DNA from: Felis catus
Taxonomy: Eukaryota
DNA: 64,000 nt
Assembly (NCBI RefSeq): GCF_018350175.1
Contig: NC_058368.1
Coordinates: 176,454,001 to 176,518,000, forward strand
Direction of reading: 5' to 3'
The notes under the pieces were generated by a model that saw only the letters and a program-made list of their open reading frames with translations, was not told the DNA's origin and searched no databases. Both the position numbers and the translations under genes were made by a program. Within the stretch, counting starts at the first letter, position 1; the number at the start of each line of letters is the position of its first letter. Positions 1 through 13,488 of this stretch are shown one piece after another.

Positions 1-629
1 CTCAAGTCCAGGTTGTCATCTGTGCTTCTGAGTGACCAGCTATAAATGAGAGGTTCCTGAGACCTCTTCCTTGGGTTAAATTATTTGCTAGGTAGGCTCA
101 CAGAACTCAGATGTTTACTTACTTACATTTACCAGTTTATTATAAAGAATATCGTAAAGGGTACAGATAGCCGGATAAAGTACGTAGGGTAAGGTACGTA
201 GGAAGGGGTGACGAGCTGCCACTCTCCAAGCACCTCCACATGTTTACCGACATGCAAGGTCTCCCAACCCTGTGTCCCTTTCGGCTTTTATGGAGGCTTC
301 ATTACATAGGTGTGATTGATCAAGTCATTGCCATTGGTGATTGAACCCAATCCCCAGCCCTTCTCCCCTTCCTGAAGTTGGTGGAGGGGCTAAATTACAA
401 CCCTGCCAAAGAAGTTGTTGGTTCCCCTGGCAAAGGGGAACCATCCTTAGGGGCTTTCCAAAAGTCACCTCAGTAATGCAAACTCAGGTGTGGTTGGAAG
501 GGGATCATTGTGAATAATAAAAGACAACCTTATTGTGCTTATCTTGTAGGAGAGTCTAAGGGTTTTAGAAGCTCTGTGTTAGAAATAGGATGAAGACCAA
601 ATACCTGTTTCTTATATCACAAAATCACA
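1..629. mobile_element. ERV-class LTR, MER21-like (truncated at the window edge)
   Basis: Contains ccttgggttaaattatttgctag...ctcacagaactcag...cttacatttaccagtttattataaag and ends in ...atcaca. Confidence 0.6.
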
Positions 630-705
630 CTCCAGAAAAAATAAACCACTGAAAGTTGCCTTCATGCCGCACCATTATTTCTCCCCCACTTCCTTGCCCA
701 TATGG

Positions 706-904
706 TTTTAATGTTTATTTATTTTAGAGAGAGAGAGAGACAGAGACACAGAATGAGCAGGGGAAGGGCAGAGAGGGAGGGAGACACAGAATCTGAAGCA
801 GACCCTAAGCTCTGAGCTGTCAGCGCAGAGCCTGACGCAGGGCTCATGAACTGTGAGATCGTGACCTGAGCTGGGCACTTAACCTGCTGAGCCACCCAGG
901 TGCC
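706..904 (-). mobile_element. Can-SINE (SINEC)
   Basis: T-rich tail, (GA)n and tRNA-derived head ...gagccacccaggtgcc. Confidence 0.9.
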
Positions 905-1859
905 TGGACCTGCTCTTCACCTTAACCTTTCTTTGTCTCCTTTACTCATCCTTTACGCATCCCTACAAATCCTTTGCAACTTGGTAGAGTCTTGGTTACC
1001 CCCAGGCTGGGTTAGATGTCCCTCCTCTGTGCTGTGGCCCACAATGCTTTGTACTTATGGGCTTCAAAACATTTTCCATCCCATTCTAACCGCCATTATA
1101 TCTGCCTCCCACTCTTGAGGGTGAGCTCCTTGAAGTGAGGGTCCCTGTCTCATTCATCTGTATCTCCAGGCCCCAGACAAGCCCTGTACTCGTGGTGAGT
1201 GCCACCTATATGTCTGTGAAAGACATGCCTGCCTCAAAACAGTGAACAGTGGAGTCTGGTGTCGTGTGTTGAGCTTTCAGTGATGATACGAGAGAGAAAG
1301 GAGATACATAAGACGATAGTGTGGAAGGAGAATCCCAACATGTCTGGAATTAACTTTACCAAATGGCAGCTAATACTATCCAGATATATGGTGACTGGTG
1401 GGGCCCTATTTTCTCCAACCATCTTCCAGCTCAACTATTTCTCTTAGCTCTGGGCTGTTCCTCTTTTTCTTCTCTTTCATCTGCTGAAAGGGGATGCGTG
1501 CCAAAATTTTCATATGAAATCAATGCTGACAAGCGCTGGTTGAGCCCCGTGGCTTCGTCTTCTTGCTTATGTCCCTTGTTTCAAAAGGGCAACAAAACCC
1601 TCTGCCCACTCTTGAAACTGGCAGGGATTTCCTGAGAAGAGGGACTGGGGAGTTCACTTTTGGAGGAACCATTTCCTACCTCAACTGCAGTGGAAACTCA
1701 TTATCTCTGAATTAGCATTTCGCCTCAAAATTTTAATGTCATCTTCTGCTAACACTAGAGTTAAGGGAAGCCCAAAGATTTCACCCATGTCCCCTCATGT
1801 CCCTTTTCTCTGCACAAACCTGCGGGAAAATCTCTCTTCTTTTTTTCTTAATATAATTT

Positions 1860-2044
1860 TTCTTTTTTCTTTCTTTTAATGTTTATTTTATTTCTGAGAG
1901 AGAGCACACGCAGAGGGGCAGAGAAAGAGGGGGACAGATGATTTGAAGCAGGCTCTGCGCTGATAACAGTGAGCCAGATGCGCAGCTCAAACTCACCAAC
2001 CGTGAGATCCTGACGTTCAATCGACTGAGCCACCCAGATGCCCC
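1860..2044 (-). mobile_element. Can-SINE
   Basis: Typical body; TSD-like TAATATAATTT / TAATATCATTT. Confidence 0.9.
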
Positions 2045-2179
2045 TAATATCATTTAATTCCTCTTTCACTATCAAAGTATGAAAGAATATTTTTAAAAAT
2101 ACAGGAAAACAAAAAGTAAAATAGCCTCCCCACTGAGACAACATCATGTGTAGAGTTCTTCCAGCGTTTTTTTTTTTAA

Positions 2180-3904
2180 TGTATAGATTAAAAAAAGTTT
2201 TTTTTTAAATATTTTCTGTGTATAGGTATATGCACACCAAAAGAGTATATAACACAGATGTGTAACTTGAAGAATTGTAGAATGAATATCCATGTATCCA
2301 TCACCCAGCTTAAGAAATTGACCATCACCAATATCTTAGAAATCTCTACATGCCCCTCCCTCTCAATCCACCCAGAGGTAGTCACCATCTTGAGTTTTGT
2401 GTGAGTCATTCTTTTCTTTTCTGTTCTGTTCTTTTCCTTTTAATATTTATTGATTTGGGGAAGAGTGCAAGTGAGGGCGGGGCAGAGAGAGGGGGACAGA
2501 GGATTTGAAGCGGGCTCTGCGGGACCGACTGACAGCAGAGAGCCCGATGTGGGGCTCGAACTCACGAACCATGAGATCATGACCTGAGCTGAAATCAGAC
2601 AACCAACTAAGCCACCCAGATGCCCTATTCCTTTGTTTTTCTTAATAGTTTTACTCTCTGTACATGGTGTCCCCAAACGATGTAATGTTTTAAACTATAT
2701 AATTGGAGTGTATTATTTTGCAAGTTGCCCCTTTCATTTATTATGTTGGTGAGATTCATCCACATAGCTGTAAGCAGGCGTAGCTTATTCACCGTCACTG
2801 CTCTGAGGTACTACATTGCTTGTGTATATTGCGCTCCGACTTATGTATCCATTCTCCTGCTGATCAACACGTGGATGGTTTCCAGGTTTTCTTTTTCATC
2901 TTTAAAATGTTTTTTTTTTATTAAAGAAAATGATTAAAGATCTATTTTTATTGTGGTAAAACCTGGATAAACACAAAATTTACCATTTTAGCCATTTTTT
3001 AAGCGTCCTGTTCAGTGGCATTAAGTACATTCACATTGTTGTGCAACCGTCACCACCGCCCTCCTCTAGCGCTTTTTCATCTTTCCGGGCTGAAACATTG
3101 TACCCATTAAACAATAATTTCCCCTTCTCTCCTCCCGCTAACCCTTGACAACCACCATTCTAATTTCTGCTGTTGTAAGTTTGGCTACTTTAGGTACCTC
3201 ATTTAAATGGAAAGTCTTTGTCATTTAGTGACTCGTTTATTTTACTTAGCATAATATCCTCAAGTTTCATTCATATTGAAGCATGTGCTGGAATTTCCTT
3301 CCTTTTAAAAACAATGTTTTTTTAACATTTTTCTTTTTTGAGAGACAGAGCGTGAGTGGGGGAGGGTCAGAGAGAGGGAGACACAGAATCTGAAACAGGC
3401 CCCAGGCTCTGAGCTGTCAGCACAGAGCCCGATGCAGGGCTCGAACTCACAAACCGTGAGATCATGACCTGAGCCGAAGTCGGATGCTCAACCTACTGAG
3501 CCACCCAGGCACCCCTCCTTCCTTTTAAAAAAGATAAATAATATTCCATTGTATGTATATACCAACTTTTGTTTATCCATTCATGTATTGATGGATACTC
3601 GGGTATTGTTTCAGCCTTTCACCTCTTAATGCTGTTCTGAACCTGGGTGTACAAATATCTGTTTGAGTCTCTACTTTCAATGCTTTCAGGTACATAAGTG
3701 AAATCGTTGGATCATATGTTAATTTATTTTTCATTTTAGAGAAACTGCCTTATTGTTTTCCACAGCAGCTGTACCATTTTACGTTCTTATCAGCAATGCT
3801 CAAGGGTTCCAATTTCTCCATATGTTTGTCAACATTTATTCTTGGGTTTTTCTGGGATGTTTTTGTTTTTGTTTTTGTTTGTGTGTTTTTTTTGTTTTGT
3901 GGGG

Positions 3905-3936
<32 letters not shown>

Positions 3937-3975
3937 GGTGTTTCAATAATGGCCATCCTAATGTGGATGCGAAGT
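2180..3975 (-). mobile_element. Old L1M (L1MB/MC/ME-like) 3' fragments, interrupted by SINEs at about 2420-2625 and 3312-3515
   Basis: L1 3'-end motifs (cagtggcattaagtacattcacattgttgtgcaacc; atattccattgtatgtatatacc). The second SINE has TSD TCCTTCCTTTTAAAAA at 3296-3311 / 3516-3531. Confidence 0.8.
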
Positions 3976-3990
3976 GGTTTTGGGATTTTT

Positions 3991-4818
3991 TTTTTCAGTT
4001 TATTTATTTATTTTTGATGGGACATTTAATTTTGTGTCCACCTTGATGTTTGTTTATTTATTTATTTATTTATTTATTTATTTTAATAGGAAACTTACTG
4101 TCAAATTGGTTTCCATATAACACTCAGTGCTCCTCCCAACAGGTGCACTCCTCAATGCCCATCAGCCACTTCCCCTCCCCCCCCCCACCTCCCATCAACC
4201 CTCAGTTTATTCTCCGTATTTAAGAGTCTCTTATGGTCTGCCTCCCTCCCTCTCTGCAACTTTTTTTTTTTTCTCCCTTCCTCTCCCTCCTGGTCTTCTG
4301 CTGACTTTCTCAGGATCCACCTATGAGTAAAAACATATGGTATCTGTCTTTCTCTGCCTGACTTATTTTTTTTTTTTTTAATTTTTTTTTTCAACGTTTA
4401 TTTATTTTTGGGACAGAGAGAGACAGAGCATGAACGGTGGAGGGGCAGAGAGAGAGGGAGACACAGAATCGGAAACAGGCTCCAGGCTCTGAGCCATCAG
4501 CCCAGAGCCCGACGCGGGGCTCGAACTCACGGACCGCGAGATCGTGACCTGGCTGAAGTCGGATGCTTAACCGACTGCGCCACCCAGGCGCCCCTGCCTG
4601 ACTTATTTTGTAGCAACGTGGATGGAACTGGAAAGTTTGTTTAGAGACAGAGATAGCACGAGCAGGGAGGGACAGACAATGAGGTGGAGAGAATCCCAAG
4701 CAGGCTCCAAGCTGCCAGCACAGAGCCAATGTGGGGCTCGAACTCATGAAACCGTGAGAACAGGACCTGAGCCGAAACAAGAGTCGGACACTTAACTGAC
4801 TGAGAAACCCAGGCACCC
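3991..4818 (-). mobile_element. Nested complex: older Can-SINE > feline L1 3' end (about 4057-4634) > young SINEC_Fc (4370-4594)
   Basis: Outer TSD 3975-3990 / 4819-4834; inner TSD TGCCTGACTTATTTT 4355-4369 / 4595-4609; L1 3' UTR motif tcaaattggtttccat. Confidence 0.85.
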
Positions 4819-4945
4819 TGGTTTCAGGATTTTTAATAAACAACACAGTTATGACTACTCTAATACATATATCCTGGTGCACATGTGTAAGAGTTTTTCT
4901 ATTAATATAATTAAGAATGAAATTTCTGGGTCATAAGATATATGT

Positions 4946-5399
4946 GTGTTATTTTTCAGTGCAACAGTCCCAACGTACACTGTTGTTCTGTGTAAAGGAG
5001 GTATATGAAAACGACCTCTAAAAGAGACATAAGATCAAAGAAAAAAGCTGACAAGCCCAGCCTGAGGAGAAGTGGTTTATTAAGGGGACTTACAGACAGA
5101 AGTATGCCTCGGGTGTGTCTTGGGCAGCTGGAAGAGGAGGAGATCTCCGTGACCCCACCTCCTGCAAGACCTGCTTTTACAGCCTACAGACTGGAGAGCA
5201 CAGTGCTGGTCGTCTTATCTCCTGAGCAGATCAAGGATGTTATGTCCCAGGGGTGTATTTAAGGGCGTGGTTAGACAGAAAGAAAGAATGTGTGTATGTG
5301 TGTGTGTGTGGGGGGGGTGCTGGTGTTCAAGAAAGCTTCAGGTCTTAGACCGGTCATCATGGCGGATTTGTCCAAGATGGCATCAGTATGGTTCACACA
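4946..5399 (-). mobile_element. Probable solo LTR inserted in old L1
   Basis: About 450 bp non-L1 block bounded by TG...CA, with a minus-strand AATAAA (tttatt near 5075); family not recognised. Confidence 0.4.
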
Positions 5400-5429
5400 C
5401 CTGACACCAAGGGTAGGTGATCCTTCTAT

Positions 5430-6900
5430 CTAGCTGCCCTCTATCCTAATACTTAATATTGTCACCCTTACAATTTTCACTGGTTTGATGGGTGTGAAAT
5501 GACAATGTGGTTTTATTTTGCATCTTTATGAGTAATAACAAGATGAAGTACCTTGTCATAGGTGTCTTGGCCGTAATTGTTTCCTCTTATGTAGAATATC
5601 TGTTTAAGTCTTTTCCTCATTTCCCTATCAGATTGTTTTAGTTTTATGAATTTGTAGGACTTTATCTATTTTATATACTAATCTTTTGTTGACTACGTGT
5701 TACAAATATCTTCCCCAAATTTATCACTTGTCATCTCATCTCTTGGGATCCCTTTTGACGAACAGAAATTATTTTAATCAGTTGGATGTATCAACCTGTT
5801 TCTTTGTGGTTTCATTTTCTATATTTTGCTTAAGAAATCGGTCTCTCCCAGAGATCATAAAGATATTCTTTATTTTATTCTGAGAGATTTCTTTCTCCCA
5901 GCTTTATGGAGATATCATTGACGACATTGGGTAAGTCTAAGGTATATGACGTGATGATTTGATACACATACCTATTGTGAAATGATTACCGCAGTGTGGT
6001 TAGTTAATGCATCCCTCCCCTTACATAGTTACCATTTGTGTGTGTGTGTGTGGCAAGGACATTCAAGATCCACTTTGTTAAATTTCAAGTATACAATGCA
6101 GTATTGTAAATAAAGTCACCATGCTGCAGTTAGATCTTCAGAACGAATTTATCTCATGACCGAAGTTTGTACCTTTCGATCACCATCCCATTTCCTCCAC
6201 CCTCAGCCATCGGTAACCACAATCTATTTTTTATTTCTATGAGTTCAATTTTTTTTAGATTCCGCATACAAATGAGATCATACAGTAAAGTATTCTTTGT
6301 CTGACTTATTTCACTTAGCATAGTGCCCTCAGGTCCATCCATGTTGTGGCAAATGGCAGGATTTCCTTCTTTTCTGTGGCTGAATAATTCTTTTAAAAGT
6401 TTTTAAGGTTTTTCTTTCACAGTTAAGGCCTTGACCCACCTGGAAGTAATTTTTTGTATACTAAGGGGTATTGTTCTCCCCATTTGGAGAGCCAGTTTTC
6501 ACAGCCTTATTTATGGAATAAGGGTTCCCCACCTCGTTGGTCTTTAGGGCATCCTCTATCAGAAATCAGGTTTTCTGATACATGTGGATCCCTCTATTAG
6601 AGCCTTTTCTTCTGTTTCATTAATCTATTTGTCAATCCCTGTATCAGTTTAATACTGTTGAAAATGTGTTTCCTCTATCATAAGTTTTGATATGTGACGG
6701 GCTAATGCCTTGCCCAGAATTCTGCTTTGAGAGTGTCTTAACCTTTCTTGGCCCTTTGGTCTTCCATATATGCTGAACCTTCAGCTTGCTAAAGATTATA
6801 AGAAAAACTGAGTTGGGATTTTGACTGAAATAGTGTTAGGACACTGAGGAGAACTGCCTTCCTCCCCATGAACATGGTATGCGTCTTCACGTATTTAGGT
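5430..6900 (-). mobile_element. Old L1 fragments (ORF2/3' region), with an L1MA-type 3' end at about 5890-6390
   Basis: ctgacttatttcacttagcatagtgccctcaggtccatccatgttgtggcaaatggcagg and other L1 motifs. Confidence 0.8.
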
Positions 6901-6918
6901 TTTCTCGGATGCCATTTA

Positions 6919-7154
6919 TTTTTTTTTTAATTAAAAAAAATTTTTTTTTTCAACGTTTATTTATTTTTGGGACAGAGAGAGACAGAGCATGAACGGGGGA
7001 GGGGCAGAGAGAGAGGGAGACACAGAATCGGAAACAGGTTCCAGGCTCTGAGCCATCAGCCCAGAGCCCGACGCGGGGCTCGAACTCACGGACCGCGAGA
7101 TCGTGACCTGAGCTGAAGTCGGACGCTTAACCGACTGCGCCACCCAGGCGCCCC
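6919..7154 (-). mobile_element. Young SINEC_Fc
   Basis: CpGs intact; 16-bp TSD TCTCGGATGCCATTTA at 6903-6918 / 7155-7170. Confidence 0.95.
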
Positions 7155-7304
7155 TCTCGGATGCCATTTAATAAAATTTTGTAATTTTCCTAAAAAGGCC
7201 TTGACCTCGTAGGTACCTTAGATTTGCGGTTGCTTCTATAGATAGTATCTTGAGTCCATGTGTTCTAACACGTTCTTGTATGTATGTACAATACACATAT
7301 TCTA

Positions 7305-7528
7305 GGGGCGCCTGGGTGGCTCAGTCGGTTGAGCGTCCGACTTCGGCTCAGGTCACGATCTCACAGTCTGTGAGTTCGAGCCCCGCATCGGGCTCTGTGC
7401 TGATGGCTCAGAGCCTGGAGCCTGCTTCCGATTCTGTGTCTCCCTCTGTCTCTGCCCCTCCCCTGCTCATGCTCTGTCTCTCTCTGTCTCAAAAATAAAG
7501 AAAAACATTAAGAAAATAATTTTTTTTA
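7305..7528 (+). mobile_element. SINEC_Fc-type SINE
   Basis: Head GGGGCGCCTGGGTGGCTCAGTCGG; TSD AATACACATATTCTA at 7290-7304 / 7529-7543. Confidence 0.95.
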
Positions 7529-7719
7529 AATACACATATTCTACACCACACTATATATAATGTGCTTTTCCCACTTATATCATATTACATCAGCTTTTCA
7601 TAGACTTACTGAGTATCAGTAGGGAAGAGTGACTATCTCACTATCACCGGACACCTCAGACTTCTGGTCTTCAGTTTTCTCGAGTCTCGTGGGATGTTTA
7701 GTTTTCCTCCAAGAACTTG

Positions 7720-8145
7720 GAGTTTGGAGTGTGACCACTTTGAATCCCAATCCTTGCTGTCCCTCATCATAGCCTATATCCTTCCTTCACCTTGCTGCGC
7801 CTATGTTCCTCATCTCTAAAATGGAAATGATGATGATACTTCCTTCATGGTTGATTGTGATGATTTAATGAGATAATATAGTAAATCACCTAACACAGAG
7901 CCTGGCACCCAGGAAGAGCTCAGTGAAAGCTAGCTGTTATTATTTCTTTTTTTTTTTTTAATGTTTATTTATTTATTTTGAGAGAGAGAGCGTGCGCGCG
8001 TGTGTGCGTGCACACACGAGTGGAGGAGGAGCAAACAGCCAGGGAGAAATTGAATACCAAGCAGACTCTGCCATGTCAGCGCAGAGCCGGACGTGGGCCT
8101 TGATCCCACGACCCTGGGATCATGACCTGAGCCGAAATCAAGAGC
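7720..8145. mobile_element. MIR (+) followed by a 5'-truncated Can-SINE (-, about 7945-8145)
   Basis: MIR core ttcctcatctctaaaatgg...cctggcacccagg; SINE body with catgacctgagccgaaatcaagag. Confidence 0.75.
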
Positions 8146-8876
8146 CTTCGTTAGGTATTGATTTTTCTAGCTGAAATCAGGGTTTGAAAAATCGAACAAC
8201 AAAAGTCAAGATTTCTGTTTTCTGTTTCACCTTCTCTTCCTCTTACATTTTCCCTCCTCCTGCCACTCTGCTCCCCACCCCCACTCTCATCCCTGGGTTA
8301 AACCCAGACGATCAATGTTGGACAGAGGGCTCCTTGACCCTCTAGGTGACAACAGTGGAGAATGAGGACACCTCCCCCTTTGAGGATTCTGACTCCAGGC
8401 CAGCTCTGTAATCTGTCCCCCCTTCCCCAGCTACTGCCTGAGCACAGGCCCCATGGCCGTCCTCTGGTCTCCCTGCCTCTTGCTTCTCTCCATCTTGCCA
8501 CCCGAGCAAGCCTGCCCACATCTCAGCTCCACCATCCGGTAGTGCCATCCCCGGTTTAGAGCCTTCCATGGCTCCCTACCACCCTCAACATGCCGTTCAA
8601 GGCCCCGCATGATCTGGGCTCCACCTAATAGCCATCACTGACCAAATTCCTGTTCAGTGTCTTCCACGTGTTGTTGGTGATCTGTGATACAAAACTGCTG
8701 GGTAGGAATCATTCTTTCACTTTATAAATGGGGGCAGTGATACTCAGATTGGTGAAATGACTCCTCAGAGACCCACAATCACAAAGCACAGACACAAGAT
8801 TTTCATCCCAGTCTCTGGCTCCCCAGCCAGTTGTATTTCCACTCACTCTGGCTCTCTGATTAAGAAATGAAATCTA

Positions 8877-9082
8877 GGGGCACCTGGGTGGCTCAGTTGA
8901 TTAAGCTTCCGAGTCCTGGTTTTGGCTCAGGTCACGATCTCACGGTTTCGTGAGTTCAAGCCCTACGACGGGCTCTGCGCTGGCAGCATGAGCATGCTTG
9001 GGATTTTGTCTCCTCTCTCTGCCCCTCACCCGCTCGTGCTGTCTCTGCCTCTCTCAAAATGGATAACCTTAAACAAAAAAAG
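8877..9082 (+). mobile_element. Can-SINE
   Basis: Head ggggcacctgggtggctcag; TSD aagaaatgaaatct / aaggaatgaaatct. Confidence 0.9.
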
Positions 9083-12000
9083 GAATGAAATCTCAAACAC
9101 GGCTTTGAGCTCATTCACACTACTTCTGCAGGGGTGACTAAGAGGGTCCGATATGGGTCAGGAAGAGGGTAAAGGTCAATATCGCAGCTTGAGGTAAAAG
9201 AGAAAGTGTGCCCGCTGGTCCTTTTCCTCTAAGGCTGAACTGTGGGTACGGGGTGGGCTAAGCCTGGGGCAGGGAGTGGTGATGTGGCTAATGGGAGGGA
9301 TGGGTAAGGAGGGTGAATGAGGTAAAGGCTGAGGATGACGTAAGAGGTGATAAAGGAAGTGATTATGACCAGGAAATAAGTGTGCTGAAACCACCCTAGA
9401 AGGATCATCGAAATATTCCTGGCACCGATTGACATTTAAAAAATAGTAACAATTACATTTAAAAATCTTTGTGCCACTCATTTGCCTGGCCACCCAATCG
9501 TTCCGATAACCCAGAAAATGGTCATGACTATTCCTGTTTTACAGGCAAGGAAACTGAAGCTCAGAGAAGCTTCAGTGGGTTTGTTCAAAGCCCTCAGCTA
9601 AGAAGTGACAAAATCCAGCGTGCTCTACAGATCTGTCTGATGCCCCAGCCACGCCCCCTCACTCTGCCCTCCACCCATGTGCCATTCTGCACATGGGAAC
9701 CTCGGTTCCTTCAAATGTGGCTGAGTAATTTGGGGGCCACATAAAGGTCATAAATGTTCTGCTAGATGTTAAATGTTCCGACAGTACGGAGGAATTTAAG
9801 GGAAAGATGCTGGCAATCCTACTGTGGGGTAGAGGCAGTATTAACACCTCCTCACATGTTCTGGGCACCCAGGACCTGTGCATCTCCTGCTTACGTATTC
9901 CCAAGTTCACTTCCAGAGCCGGCACAGGCCTCTTTCCAGGTCCTACCTAGCAAGGGAAGACCTAGAATCTGCTTTTGGCTCTGGGGGAGTTGGCAGAGCA
10001 AATGCAGGCTGGGCCGTCCCCCCACAGCCCCCCAGAGGCTGGATCCAGGACAGGGAGGGAAGGAGAGGGTAGGCAGTGGTCACAGGCCTCCTTTTGCTCT
10101 CTCTTTTTGGGCCCTGCGATGTTAGAGACGGGCCTGGGTGGGATATCATTATTTTTTTAAATATAAAGTTATGTACATGCAAAGGAGAAATAAATTGTTC
10201 ACAAGGGTATGAAATGATATGCCAAAGCCTTGAGGCCCGCCCAGAAGTAATCACTGGAAGGAGTTTCTTGTGAGTACAGGTGAGACCCAGGACATTGAAG
10301 GACGGCAGTGTCCCAGCTTGACTCGCAGCCCGCTGCTTGTGTTGACAAATGCTCAGTCCCCCTCGGCTTTGGTCTTGCCAGGCAGGAAAACGGAAGGAGC
10401 AAGGAGAAAAAAAGGGAAGAAGTCTGGGAGCTTGGAGAGCGGGGAGGAGCGTTCACAGGTGGTGCTGGCAGTGGAGCCTTGGGAGGAGGTGGAGAGAGAG
10501 GCTTTGGGAAGGGGGCGGGGCTATTTCAGTGGAGTCTACAGAAGCATCCAGAGCCCTGTGCCATGCATTGCCTTCCTCCATCTCTGTGGGGAACCAGCAG
10601 TAAATCTGATTTTGAGACTTCCAGTTCTGGCAATTCGGCAGACCCGACCGTTGTATACTTTTCATACATAGTTCATAATAAAGAAAATTAAAAACAAAAT
10701 CCAGACACTTGGCCATACTTTGGGATTGGGTTTGTGGTTTGGTGGGGGAGATGGTCAGGCTATGCTGGGACTAGCATCAGTGCAGGGGCGGGGCCACTGG
10801 GGGGCCAGTTCCCACCCTGGGTAACGGGTCTGTGTGTCTCTGCTGTATTCTTTCTGCCTCCCTCCTTCCTTTACTTTCTTCCTTCCTCCTTTCTTTTTAT
10901 GTATCTATCATCTATCGAACGACCGATCGATCTATCTTCTACTCATTTTTTCCTGCGACCTAACTCTTCCATTCGATGCTCTCTCTTGGACAGCTGTGTC
11001 AGCCCATGATCATCTATCCCATCTCACCCAAAGGCTGCAGGTGTTAGCAGGCATATTTTTGAAGGCTGAAGAGATCTTATGTCCATGGATGGCTTCTGCT
11101 GCTGGAAGGACCTGCCATCCACCCATCCTTCCGGTTTTTGAAAAATGCATTTATCGGACTCTTGTGGTAGCCTCTCACGTGGTCCCCCAGGGGCCCCCAT
11201 GAGGGTCTGTGTTCAGCTCGGCAGCCAGCATGATTATGCCTCTCCCGTGCTCACAGCCCCCCTCTCCCGGGGCTCACGGGCGAAGGCCCTGCCAGCGCCC
11301 TTTCCCCCTTTCCTCTCCGGTCAAGTTTCTCCAGCCACACCGGCCCCTTTGCGGTTCTTATCTCAAGAACTGCATGCTTCCATCTCACAGCCTGTGCACT
11401 GCCGTTCCCTGTGCTTGGATCACCCTCCCCCCAAAGTCAGCCGTGCCGCCTCTCATCTTCCTGTCGCCTTCTCATGGAGGCTCTTCGTGGCTGTGCTCTT
11501 TGGAATGGCAACCCCCCTCCGCCGCAAGCACCCTCCCTTCCCCTGCCCTGCTTTGTGCTCCCACCACACCTAGTGCCACCCGACGAGCCATGCATGTTAC
11601 TCGCTTCTTGGCTTCCTGGCTGTCTCTCCCTCTCCCCCACCGCCGGAATGCTAGCCCCACGAGGGCAGGCATTTTTGTGTGCGGCTTTTTCATCTCCGTC
11701 CTTCCCAGAACAAGGCCTGGAAGATAAGGAAAGCTCACGAAGTATTTCTTGAACCGGACGGAATATAGAGGTTGACTTCCGTGGCTGTGTTTCATCTCTG
11801 CTTGTTGAAGAGGGAGAAGCATTTCCTTTAACCCACCACTGAAGCCCCTTTGTGAGTTTGCCTTTCAACCACTCTGGTTTCTTTGCCAGCCCTTTTCCTG
11901 CCTGCCGCCTTTATCCCTCTACACCCTACGGTGCCCTCCTGGTCGCATCCAGATTCCCACAAAGGTTACATTTCTTTTCATGTACACCTGTCCAGAGAGC

Positions 12001-12776
12001 CCTGACCCTAGGTGACTTTGGGCCTTCCAGACACAGGTGGCGTTCCGGCACCTCCACCAGGTGACATGACCTCTGGGCTCCCCTGCCAGTCCCAGAGGTC
12101 TGGCCCCTATCTATCACCCCTCACCACAGAGGCCCGCTTCTTCCTCTGCCTCCCTGGGGGCTCCTGACCCAAGCACCTGACACACAGCAGGGCTCACATG
12201 TGGGTGCAGAGTGATAGAGTGAGTGGAGTGGGGCAGTGGGGGGACTCACCTGTGGCACGATTTGGTCAAAGGCGGCTCTTGCCCTGATGCAATCATGCAA
12301 GAAATACTCTATTCATGAAGGAATGGAGAAACAGATGAGCAATTAAATGCCTGAGTCCAGAGTAATGATGATTAAGGAATGTTGGGAAAGGACATTATTA
12401 CAAGGCTCTGAAAGCATTTGAAAGCTCTCAGAGTTCAGGAGAGTGGTTTGGGTGGGCGGGACTCGACTTTTATCAGAAGATGCCAGGCCCCTCATTCCTG
12501 CCCCGTTAGGTCACTGTGAGCCCAGAGTAAGGCTAGGTGTCAACGTTTGCACCCTACCTTAGCTCACACCCTTTTGAGAGGTAACAATGGGCAGATCTGG
12601 GGACGAGGGTCCCTGCAGGTGGATTCCTCAAGAAGGAGAATGTGGCTTGTAAAGTGGGATAACAGTTATGAGACATAAAACTTGTCTCATGAGTTAACTA
12701 AGGAGATCGAATGAAATCCTATTGAGTGCATGGTACAGGACTCCGCCTATAATAAACCCTCAATAAATGTGGTAAA

Positions 12777-13005
12777 GGGGCACCTGGGTGGCTCAGTCGG
12801 TTGAATGGCCAGGTTCAGCTCAGGTCATGGTCTCGCAGTTCGTGGGTTCGAGCCCTGCGTCGGGCCCTGTGCTGACAGCTCGGAGCCTGGAGCCTGCCTC
12901 GGATTCTGTGTCTCCCTCTCTCTCTGCCCTCCCCCACTCACGCTCTGTCTCTGTCTTTCAAGAATGAATAAATGTTAAAAAAATAATAATAAAATAAAAA
13001 ATAAA
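12777..13005 (+). mobile_element. Can-SINE
   Basis: Full body; TSD aataaatgtggtaa / aataaatgcggtaa. Confidence 0.93.
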
Positions 13006-13473
13006 TAAATGCGGTAAGACGTTGTTAGTGCGTATTTTTCTTCCAGAACGTCAACTCCCTGAAGCGGGAATGCTGGGTCTTTCCCCACAGTACCCTCAGA
13101 GCTTGAAACAGTGCCTGGCATACAGTTGGCACTCAATACACAATTGTCGAGGATGTGAGCAAACCGATTACGTAACTGTCTTCTGGTAACAGACTCGCGA
13201 AGATAGCTCCAGGGTCTGAGCACTTGGTTCTCAACGCACAGTGCCGCAATCTGCCCATTTCCCCACCAGCCCTGCGCAGCCCTGACAGGCAGTGACCACA
13301 CAGGGCGGATGACTCCCAGAGTACTTCTCTAAACGCTCCCCGGGGCCGGTGGAATCCCCAGGGCCTGGCTCATCAGGACAGGCAGATGACTTGGGGCCCA
13401 GTGTGGCCCATCTTCCCGTTAGCCCAGCGCTGGTCATTAAGCCTGCCCGTTCTTGGGGTTCTGCCTGGGGAAG

Positions 13474-13488
13474 GGAACAGAATGTTCA
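13474..13488. promoter_or_regulatory. Near-palindromic glucocorticoid response element, about -28.9 kb
   Basis: GGAACA gaa TGTTCA; contains the shared decamer CAGAATGTTC. Confidence 0.7.

Noticed and set aside
7305..7390. tRNA-like A/B boxes at SINE heads
   Set aside because: tRNA-derived SINE promoter followed by (CT)n and poly-A; not tRNA genes.
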